Assembly (NCBI GenBank): GCA_905178155.1
Contig: CAJINV010000001.1
Span: 3,277,675 to 3,341,674, forward strand
Direction of reading: 5' to 3'
Source: Amoebophrya sp. A120
Lineage: Eukaryota; Protista; Dinoflagellata
Length of the DNA: 64,000 nt
Shown here: positions 21,772-32,403 of the stretch, piece after piece
How the letters are laid out: every line of letters begins with the position of its first letter
Numbering within the stretch: position 1 is the stretch's first letter
Position numbers and translations under genes: made by a program
Notes under the pieces: model-generated
The model's database searches: none
What the model was told of the DNA's origin: nothing
Seen by the model: only the letters and a program-made list of their open reading frames with translations

Positions 21772-24700
21772 CTACCTGATCTCCATGGTCTCAGCCTTGG
21801 CTTTTAATTTTCTCATTTTGGTGTGCCGCGACATCAATCGCGCCCGGTTCTCGTTCGTTTCCAGGTTTTCCAAGCGATCCTTCTTTTCCTCTTCGTACAC
21901 CGGGCGCCAATCCTCGTAGATCCTTTTCAGCTCCTGCACGTACAGATCGTGGTACCGATCCACTTCCTCCTGCGTCGGGTTCTCGACCAACGGACAATCG
22001 ATTGGGTTGCCGACCACCGACCGGATGGGGGTGCGGAACGGGAAAATCCCCACGTTCAAGCCGAACACGCGGTGCAGCAACCCGCCGGAAAGAGCGCGGC
22101 CGACGACTAGGGGTAGAGCAAAACCCATGATTTTCTGCAGCTTGTCCTGGATCTTCTTCGCCGTGCCCGTGAGCTGGATGCTCCCGAACAGGTCGGTCTC
22201 GCCGAAACTGTATCAAATGCAAATATGTCTGGGTCTGGGAGATTCCGGGATTTGTGATGCTAGTCTGGCATGACTCTGAGCTCTGTATTGCGTGGCCGCG
22301 AATAGCTCATGCTCCCTGTTATGCAAAAACGCACTTTCTCATGCGGAATTCGCAACTCAGAACCATGAAAAAAGCCTGTCATGCTTGGCAGCTCCTTGCA
22401 GTGAGCTCACTATTCCCTTCCTTGCATCACAAGTTTCCAGACCCAGACATTTTTGCATTTGGTAAACTGTAAACGGGCACGAGACTGGCGCCGTTCTTCA
22501 TCGCGTACTTCACGAAGCCCTTACGCTGCCCGAGAATCTGGATTTTTTGGGATGCGTTTGCAGTGCTCCGTCCTGGTGGGCGGGCAAACTATGATGCGAG
22601 CAAAAAAAGTCGTTGTAAATTATGCCTCGCATTTTCTACCCGCAGTACTTACACGTCGAACTTTGTGCTACACATTTTCGAACTTTTTAACGAAACAAAC
22701 GACCTGAAAAAAAATCCCAAATACCAGAACATTCGTCCCAACGCCGCTCTCCAGCGACTCCTTTGCGCCTCCGGGAACTAGTGCTATCGACTTCCCGCGC
22801 TGCAGATTGTTGCAGATGGACTCAGCACTGACATCCTGCACGCCTAGCGCGAGCAGGAAATCCCGCCAGAAGGGGATCTTAAACTGGATCTGCATGGTCA
22901 GCAATCGGACATCGATCCCCGGGAAGAGCGCGTCAAAACCAGTGGCGTTCGTCGAGAAGTTCAGTAACGCCCCGATGGACAAGACCCCGTGCGGGTGGTA
23001 GCCGAAGACGTACCGCTTTTCCGGATCCAGTTTTCGTGTGCGGGTCAACTTCACGGGAAAATACATGGCAGCGTGGCGGTAGATTCTCCTACGCCGCATG
23101 GAGGGGCAAAACCGATCGTACCTCCTCGGGCAGAAGAACATAGTGAGTAACGACTTTCCGATGACGGTGAACAAACCGAGAGCGGTCTTCACCGTGTCGA
23201 CGAAAATATTTTCCCTCTTTTTGATTCCCAAATCGGCGAAGATCGAGTCCTGCTTGCTCCACATCGAAGATCCGAGACTGGATAGCATCGCTGTCTTGGT
23301 CACAGGTGTTTTCTTGCTGTAGTTCTCCGAGTCGTTATCCGTAGCTGCTGCTGCTCCTGGGGTCGTACTACCAGTCCTTTCCGTTATTATTTGCAGCCGC
23401 TCGGCGACGGTAGAAGATGTGACCTTTTCATCAGGCCTTGTTGCGCCTCCACCTGCGGCTGTTTGTCTCAATGTCAACGCCGGTGTGGTACTAACCGGGG
23501 TGGACGCGGCCGTTGACATGGAAACGGTCGACAAAGACGGATCCATCGAAGTTTTTGTGCAGCTCGTTTTATTCGTCTCCTCATAAGATGAAGACCTCTC
23601 ACACGTCGACCCTGGGCTCATCTTCGCGGTCGTCGCGTCTTCGAATTCATCCACCACACTGTCGCTTTCATTATCGTTACCATTTGGTTGTTCCACCCCT
23701 TCGTTTTGTTCACCAGTGCGACCACCACTACCTGAAGATTGTGGACTCCTGGCAATGACCGTGTATTCATCCCGGTCCTCCGGGTCCACATCATCGTCCA
23801 CATCATCGTCCGGGGAGTTTGACGTCCGGCTGCTCAACTTTTCGTCATCCGCGTGGAGGACTAATTCTTGCATTTTCTCCTCCTTACTAGTCTCGTATTT
23901 CCCCTTGGACGCGCCAGAATCGAAAAGCAGATACCAGTATCAAATGTAAAAATGTCTGGGTCTGGAAGAATGCAACTTGTGATGCTAAATTTGGACTCCA
24001 AAAAAATCTGTATTGCATGAGCAGCAAAGATAGTGCAATTTTTGCTACGCGGAGAGGGCATTTGTCATGCGGAATAGGCATCGCGAAGCCCTCAAAAAAT
24101 CTGTGACGCTAGGGCATGCATCACAGACATCATGGCCCAGGCAAAACATGCATGACAAGTCTCAGAATCTTCCAGACCCAGACATTTTTACATTTGATAA
24201 CCAGGTGACATACGCAATGTACAGCATGCGGACGGGACTCACGACAGTGCTCCCATATTCGGAGCCGAAGAGCCTGAAGAAAATCGCGATTATTTAGTAT
24301 TTGCTTTTCATTTTGCGATGAAGGGTTTTGTACTATAGCGTAGGCCCCCATACACATGACACGAGCAGTCTGCATTTGAAAACTTTTTCTTTGTTATACC
24401 TCTCATCCGCGTAGAGCAGGCACCACACGTTGAAGGAAAAGGCCATATTGAAGACCGCGAGGATGAAAACGAGAATCGACCGCATCTGCATCCGCTCGAG
24501 GCTGTCCCACTGGCCCACCCGGCCGGGCCACAGCAAGACGGCGAAATACCCCTGCACGATGACGGTGCAAATTTTTCCTACTATGCCGAACAGCCCCGAA
24601 AAAATATCGTAGTTCGCGACCGCGGAGAGCAAGAGGAAAAAGTACAGAATTCGCTTCTTCACCGTCGTGTGCGACTCCTTGCGGCGGAAGGTCGCGCAGA

Positions 24701-24905
24701 AGGTGCGGATCTCGGCGCCGGCGTTCCGGTCGGGGTCGGCAGCGCTGTTTGTCGAGCTGCCGCGCGGCGGCGCGGTTTCCGCTGCGGACTCGCGAATCGC
24801 GGAAAACCGCTTTGCACTGCTTCGGTACTTCTGCGGCAAGTACTGCAAATCCTCTTCGATACTGAACTGCCGCCCGAAGGCCAAGGGCGACAGATCGCCC
24901 GACAT
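21772..24905 (-). CDS. DGAT2: Diacylglycerol O-acyltransferase 2 family protein (~764 aa; exons 24905-24400, 24273-24200, 23932-22725, 22537-22465, 22205-21772)
   Basis: YFP, YVFGYHPHG, VPGGAKESL, RKGFVKYAMKNGASLVPVYSFGETDL and VVGNPI motifs. Two GT-AG introns and two introners. Exon sum is 2295 nt, in frame. Confidence 0.93.
22211..22464. mobile_element. Introner E in DGAT2
   Basis: TIR tatcaaatgcaaatatgtctgggtctgg / rc taccaaatgcaaaaatgtctgggtctgg. Perfect aactg duplication (22206-22210, 22465-22469). It splits the conserved VYSFGE motif. Confidence 0.92.
23938..24199. mobile_element. Introner F in DGAT2 (youngest-looking copy)
   Basis: Perfect 32-bp TIR tatcaaatgtaaaaatgtctgggtctggaaga. 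Perfect accag duplication (23933-23937, 24200-24204). Excision gives LYIAYVTWYLLFD. Confidence 0.93.
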
Positions 24906-25404
24906 GTTTGGGTTATATCGGTGTCACTCAGCACACTCGTCAAAGAAGTTTCGGCTATGTACTACGAACATGAACGAATGTATTTCCAGAACTTCAAGTG
25001 CTCCGCCACCGCTTCAGCAGCGACGGGGGCGAATCTAAAGATTTTATCTTGCCTAGGCAAAAAGACAAACATTTCGAGATCAGCTTGCCGAAGCATCAAA
25101 GTACTTACTCCAGTGGCGTTAAAAACTCAATGGGGATCGCAATGACATGGTGATGAGGTTCCTGATGCCGTAAACCAAATGTTGCTTGTTTCAGGGATGG
25201 CACAAACAGCTGCACTCGGACGGAGAAGTTGTAAATACACTACTGCTCGTGTTCGCTTTCTGTACTATGCGCAGTACCTCACGTATGACCATAGGCACTT
25301 CCTCGCTTTCTCTCGTGGATAACATGGGTGCTGGTTGATCACATTTTTTGTGCTGCCAATGTACTCCTTGAAGATTGTGTCCACGGACGTTCACCGACTT
25401 CTCT

Positions 25405-28000
25405 TTCACCTTTTTCTGGAGGAACACGAAAAAAAAACACTTTCGCCAGGGCGGCGCCGCGCCAAGACTATGCGCCGTGTACCCACGCAGGCCAGCTCAC
25501 CTGATTTCCCACATCGATCCGCAGCAACGCGCACACCGGGGCCCTTGCAGTGGTAGGGATGCCGTGGGAGGGCGGGCGGCAGCCTGTAAAAGGCAGTGTC
25601 TGCGAGCGCCATCGCAGTCGCGCCGGCTCTGAAAGCATTATGAGGGGGCACACGCAAAGCAAAAAAACTGACGAGCCCCGGAACCGCCAAAGGGTGCGGG
25701 TAGTGCGGGCGGCGCACAACAGCCGCCCCCCGGGGCCGCAACCCCACAGGCCGGCTGGAGCTCCCATCCGGGGCCGGCCCCGGGACCACAAGGCGAAGGC
25801 GCGCAAGCAGAGACGCCAAAGCGACGGGCCTGGGTGGTGCTTCGCCTTTTGGCAACGCTGCCGCAACAGCGGACCGCTAAAGTCTGAGACGAGAGGGCCA
25901 CGCGACGGGCTCGCCTGCGAAGATTCTCCCGGCCGGCTTCTCGCCCTTGCAGCCCTTCGGCATGTCGAGCACTTTTTTGCGGCCGCTCTCCTTTGGCTTT
26001 TTTTGCCCCCCCAATGGGCGCCGGCTCACCGAACACAGGAAAGCCCGGAGCGCGGAGCGGATCACCCTGGGGGCCCGTCTCGCTACCTATGCCGCGGCGG
26101 CCCGAGGTAGATCAGCCCGGCCGGAACCGAGTCAGTGGATGCGCATATAGCGGGCGACACACGACAGCCGCCCCATATCGCAGCAGCAAACTCGCTCTGT
26201 CGCTGAATTTGGGCGCTATGGCTGGGGGGTGCCTTTCAAAAGAAATTGGGCCGAAACAAAGCCAAAAAGCGCAGGCGGGCTCTCTCTTTCTTTTGCACCT
26301 TCCTGCGGTCTTGGCTTGGTGTGGTTGGCGTCTTCGAGGGGGCCACAATCTCAGGGGCCCGCCCGCTAAATAAGGCCGGCAAGAAGGCGAGCCGCTCGCT
26401 TAGCGAATCCCGGCCGGCGAGATCAGGCCGCGGGCCCCCGTCGCGTCCGCATTAACCGCCGCGAACGCCTTCGCCCCGCCCCGCCAAGCCTGAAAGCCCA
26501 CCGCGGTAGGCCCCAACCCCCGGGCGGCCTCAGTCGCATCGCCCGGCATCTGCCCGGGCGCGACGATCGCCCAGCCCCGGCATAGCTCTGGCGCAACCGC
26601 TCACCCACGCCGGCGCCGCACTGGGTCGCGGATGGGCAACTCTTGCAGCCGCCTCCTCCCCTCCCGCGCCAACTTCCCCCCCCGCGGCCAGGCCCCGCAC
26701 TGTGGCGCTTCGCCTTCGGCCGGGGGCCCGATGTAGCAGAACCACTGCAGCCCGTAAAAAACTACGCGCGTCGCGTCCGTGAGATAGCCGCACGGCTCTG
26801 CCGCTGCATTCATCGCAAAAGCGCCGCGCCTTTTCGCACCATACTCCCCGTCTGTGTTGTCGAGCATTGCGTTGATCTTTTTGATGTGCGGCGGGAGCTG
26901 GCGCTTCGCCTTCTCATATTCGGGGCCCCAGCTCCACAGGGCACGCCACAACGCTTGCGCTTCCCAAGCGCGCGCCGTGCGACCGATCACACGCGCCAAA
27001 CGCTCGCGCCCCTGCCCCCCCCGGCTTCAAGCGGCGCAGGCTTTCGCCTTCTGCGCCACCACGGTAGAGCTCTGAACCACACAACCCGCCGGCCGCCCCG
27101 GTGGCGCGGCTATCCAATTCAGCCGCGCCCGCGGCAGCCCGCCGCGCGGGTCCATAGGGCAAGCGGACGGGCCCGGGCGCGCGCCTGCAGGGTCGCAACC
27201 CGGGCAATTCGGCAGGCCCTTGCGCGCCTTGCTTTGCCGTCATGGGTTCGCTATCTAAGCGGGCCCATGATAACTGTAGTAACGCGGGGGGCTTGGCCAT
27301 CGAGTCCCTGCGGAAAATGAAGGCGCGGCGCCCGAGTTCTTCCAGGCGATTCTCGCCGTGCGCCCCGAAGTATTGCGATCCGGCTTGCCAGCTGTGGTCT
27401 AAGCCGACCGCTTCGAGGTTCTCGACGTTGTCGACCAGGACCATGAGTGTCCGCATCACATAGATGCCGCCACACATTTCGCAGCGTTTGTGCGACGCGC
27501 GCCGCCGCAATCGCCCCCGGTATGGATGCCGGGGCCCCCGTAATGCGCAGCGCCGGCCGCCGGCAATGCCAAAGGCGAACAGGCGCCCGACAATCAGCGG
27601 CCGCCGCCACCTCCGGTAGGCTGCGCGCAGACCTCGGGCGGCCTCATCTTCGTGTCTGTCGCCCGCCCGCGGGCGCGGCTCCGCTCGCGCCGGAGCCCCC
27701 GCCGCGCATTTCCGCCGCGCCATGGCGCTCCCATTCGCGCGCCTGCCAAGCTCGGCAGGTGCCTTCGGTTGTCTCTGTCGCTTCTTGCTGCCCCGGCCAT
27801 CGTGCTCGCGCGCGGCCCCTGTCCGCACCGGCTTCGCGAACCACAACGGAGCGGGCGGCTTCCCGGCACGAGCAAGCGCGCGGGGCCGAGCGTAGCGGCC
27901 CCCCTTGCTGTCACTAGACCCAGACGACGCAGCCAGCAAATTCTGAACCTGTAAAACCGCCACAGGTCGCGCACACAAGGCCATCGCTTATTCAAGCAGA
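25405..28000 (-). pseudogene. GC-rich degenerate repeat-derived block, possibly a decayed DDE transposase
   Basis: Abrupt GC rise with G/C runs. Protein-like fragments occur in shifting minus frames: RCEMCG..VGLDHSW, LDNTDGEYG, YLTDATRVV. No termini were found. Confidence 0.4.
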
Positions 28001-28251
28001 ATGACTTCCTCCGAACACACTTTCATCAAACACGACAGAAACTAAACATACCCCAACCGAGACTAGGGGTTTTCAAAACAAAACACTTTTCAGAATTTCC
28101 CGTATTTCAAAAACGCGTGAAACTACATCGTCTGAAATCGCTTCATGTTTGTCCTTATTCACACCTGTGTACACAACAAGAGCTGCTTTTTATTCATACC
28201 GCATCAATCCTGGATTTTGATTTTGATTCTCTTTTTATGTGGTACAGCTAC

Positions 28252-31200
28252 TTAGTAAAGTTGAAAATGATAAATCCGACTGCTGGCTACCCGCAACATC
28301 GGTAATGTGTTGTGCTGCTGTAGCAAGCGGTCGGTCTGTGGTGAGCTTCCAGAACTACAAGTGCCTATCGAGGAGTAATGTCGTAGAGTCCAGTGCGTGA
28401 GGCCTTCGTACAAGTTGAGCTGCGCCTGCTGCGTGTCCAGGCAGGTGGACTTGCGGCTGGCGCTGACCCCGCCTACTGCCTGCAGAATAGTTGTAGATCT
28501 ACTTCAGGACTGCAATCCAAATCCGGCTTCAGGTGAATCCGAAGCCGGACAGGAAAGCAATTATGTTGGCGGTGTCCAAAGAAAGCAAAGCTAAAAACAA
28601 TCGCCTTTCCACGAATTGCCGGGCATAGGTGCCGTGGTCGCTTTTCAAAATTTCATCTTCTTCTTCCCCCGAAGCATTCCAGCTTCATCTACGTACCGTA
28701 GACAAAGAGATGCTCGCGCTGCCACAGAGGAAAATTATCGAACGTGCATGACATATTCTTCAAATTTTTCCACATCGCAAAAAGCGGTAGAGTTCTGCGT
28801 TGCTGCTGTGATATAGGAATCAATTTATTTTTCGCAGGTAACGCGAACTAAGACTAACAGGCTCGTCCATTTTATCAAAGTGCATCTGAGTTGATATGCA
28901 ATCAACCAAATGCTCCGCGTCCCATGACAAGGATATTAATTCATCAGTTCCGTGCTAAAAGTTTTGAAAAAGTATGGTCTTGATGGTGATAAATGCAACC
29001 ATCTCTGGCTCCAATGACATCAGCGTGAATGCAGTTCTGAAAATCAGTAAAGGAAAATTACTTGAAAAAGTAGAGCAATACATTTTTGATGACACAAACA
29101 CTAGCCTAGTACTTTCGTTCATAACATTATCTACTCTCTTCGCACGACAGGAAGGTGAGCCTGCTCTGTTTCGATGAGTCCAGCTGCGGCGGTTTGCCTT
29201 CGTTTACTGCTCAGTGCGGGTTTTTGCCGTCGCTGCGCGCTGAAGAGGTAGTGCGAGAGCCAGAACCAGCAGTAGAATCATCCTAACCAAAAGTCGAATC
29301 CTCAATACTTTATTCCCTTTCCCGGGGGACTTTTTCTCTCGAGATACTTCCAACATATGAGGGTAGCAAATTCAATTAGTTGATGTTCGCAGTGATTGTA
29401 GCAGTAAATAGCCGCGTGGAGAACTAAAAAATCGTAATGTACATAGATGCCCGTTGTCTTACGGAGCGAGTCCTTTTTTCAACAATGAAGGGTAAGGATT
29501 GGCACTGCTTAGACTTTCCCGCAGCTTTTCAAAAATATAGCTCTTCAGATATTTTTTTGTTGAGGTAGCTTGAGCTTCATCCTATCCTCGTCTCATTTGA
29601 CATTGAACTTCTGAATTTAGGTTTCTAGGAAAATGATGCTGTTTCTTCAATGCCGGGGGATATCCGATAAAACCTCTGCTCCAGTCTCATAGGATTTTTG
29701 GAGCGCATCAAATCTATTGTCTATTGTTACAGCTCGTTTTATTTTGGTACTAAACGAGGTAGCACGACTTGAACTTTCGCAGTGGTTGATGTCAAATTTA
29801 CATAAATAATAATAATGTATCAGCTCTTGTATGAAGAATTTAGTGTCCTATCGCTCTTGAAACAAATCATCGTCTTGAAAATCATTGAAAATCCTTCGGA
29901 ATAAATAAACTATCGATGTAGAGGAGGAGGCGGTCACGATTTCAACCGGCGAAAGAATGTCGGCGTGGGGGTCAGAATTGTCAAAAAGTTGCAATTTCAA
30001 AGTCCCAGAAAAATTGAAGTTCTACTACGTCGGAATGTGTTACTTTTGAATTTTTTTGCTGGCATTGTTGCTACAACATCGAAGGGTGTCTTTTGTAGCC
30101 GCTCCACGCACCACTGAAAATCATGAGTATTCATATCAGCCCTTAGCATCTTTGAAGTTCTGTTTTCTGCACAAAATCGGAGGATGAAGCTCCTTTACGT
30201 AATTAGATGTAGTCTTCGACAATTATACTGTTACACAGGTGGAATCCTAATCTCTTGAAGTTGCTTCTTTTTCTAATTCCGTTTTCGACGTCAGTAGCTG
30301 CCACAGCAGCAGGTCTCCGCTGTCGTGATGAATGCTTTGGTGATATTACTGCGTACTCACGCGACCCAAAGATCGTCGGAATCGTACGAATCATTCACCA
30401 TAGCAGCCATTTCGTCGATCTCCTCCGCGCCGAGCCCTTCCAGCAGACAGTAGGAGCCTGTTTTTCATTTCATCCGGCAGTTTCTATACTTATGATCTCC
30501 TGCATTTTTCTTTGCGTTTCATCATTGTCATCGTTACCAGTCGTTATCGTGACCGTCACGTCAAACGACCGATAGGCTGGCACGAAAAACGATCAATACG
30601 CTCGACACGCTTGAGGGAGTTGGGTTCCGGCTTCGCCACCTCCTCCTCATCGTCAATCAATATCGCCGAAGTAATTTTGTCCGCAGCCTGTTTTCATCGT
30701 TTTGTTCATCTTTCTTGTGATAAAAGTGATATCCTTTGTCACACTGCAGCTGCAGGGACTGACTGAGTGATAAACCTATCATCCCGGGAGGTCGTCTTTT
30801 CGTGTCGTCAACATCGGTCCATAAAACCACCGAAGCTGCAGATAATGCATATCCGAACAGTATCAGTAGATCCCTCCGCAGTGCCATCAAACAAATAGTA
30901 CCTGTTGCAGCCATCCCGTGACCCGATGCGGCACGTAGCGCTCGATGCCCGATTTAGCCGCGACATCCTTGACCACGTTGACCAGCTGCAAAATTTGCGC
31001 CGGGGCCAGAATCGCGATCTCTGACGACTTCAAGGCCAGCATCTGTTTCAGCTTGGCGTCCTGCTCCCCGAGCAGGTCCAGATCCAGGGCCAACGCAGAG
31101 CAGGTGGCCGACATTAAGGAGCTAAACCGCTCGAACAACAGGTGCTGTGTGCTACCCCGCTTCATCGCGCTTGTTCGGAGGTGTGGTGAGGAGTGGACAC

Positions 31201-31372
31201 GACAGGACGCGTCGCAAAGCAAGGAACTCTTACGTAGCCAGTGAAAAAAAACCGCGGTTACTTTGCGACAGCAGACGAACTGCGATGTTGCGAGCGTTAC
31301 TGTGAAAAGAACAACAGCCAGTTCTTGCGACTGAATGGATGAGATTAGCAGCACCGCACCGCAACAGCCCAC
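28252..31372 (-). CDS. Multi-exon hypothetical gene with canonical introns (boundaries incomplete)
   Basis: Phase-compatible GT-AG exons: ...-30902 (…GWLQQ), 30687-30570 (AADKITSAILIDDEEE…), 30457-30361 (SYCLLEGLGAEEIDEM…), and a probable last exon 28479-28252. The 5' exons and linking exons are unresolved. Confidence 0.55.
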
Positions 31373-32403
31373 CTCGGCAGCCCGGCGACGTTATCCCAGC
31401 ACAAAACCCCGGTAGCCAGCGGATGTGTAGAAGTGAAACTGTCTTTGTTGAAACGAGGAGGCGGCAAGGTCGGGAAAGAAAGAGTAAGAGATTTGTCTCC
31501 AGTATATGGGTAGCACAGAGCAACACAAATCAAATTTCGTTTTGTTTTTTTTTGCACAAGAACTTCTGAGCACAACAATTCAAGAACAGGAGCACAGCGC
31601 CCAAACGAGGGCGAAAACAGAGAAAACAGCTAGAAGTGTTTTTGTGAGAAACCGTAATGTCATGGATGAAGTTGAATTTCCCGCGCCCAATAGGACGATG
31701 CTTCTTTGTCGGATGACGATGAGTCACAGAAGTTGGCGCTAAATGAAATGCAACATCCTCAAGACTTTCTCGCAAGTCATGATGACTTCTGGATTGTTTG
31801 TCGCACTGCAGGCTCCGAAGGATGTGAAATGAGTCCAACGTACGCATACTGAAACTTCGCTCAGACGCAGCAAACGGAAAAGCGTGCTCTCCTCTCATCG
31901 AAAAGTACACGCACGATGCGCCTTGAAATATTCGTTTACAGTTGGTGAACAGTAGCATTGTTAGTTTGATCTTGTGCTGTAGATCGCTCAGGAAGAAGAG
32001 CCGTTTGTAGTATGTAATGGATGTGCGTGTGCGTGTCATATTCATGATTTTGGTCAACGGGTTCGATTGTGACAAAAGACTATGGGGATTATTGGTTGAA
32101 GCTTTACTGTAAACGTCGGAATGCGCACTGCTTTTCAGCACTGGGTCCCAGGCCGCGGGACCCAGTATCTTTCGCGCTTCAACGAATGTGTGGCGCTTGG
32201 ATTATTAGGTTCTCACGCTTATGCTTAGCACTGTTTTACTGGTGGGATATAAGTACTACAATTTGGGTGCTCATTTCCTACGCCACGACGGTGTGTTATA
32301 CTCTGTCAGTATGGCCAAGGTTTCTAGCTCATGGGAAGAAGATGCTATGTCTTCTACTCGGTGGCCTTGCATAAACAGGCCCCGACTATTTTTTCCATCC
32401 CGC

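Noticed and set aside
25192-25201. cagggatggc as a hAT-like left terminus of the GC-rich block
   Set aside because: No matching inverted copy or 8-bp duplication was found near 28 kb.
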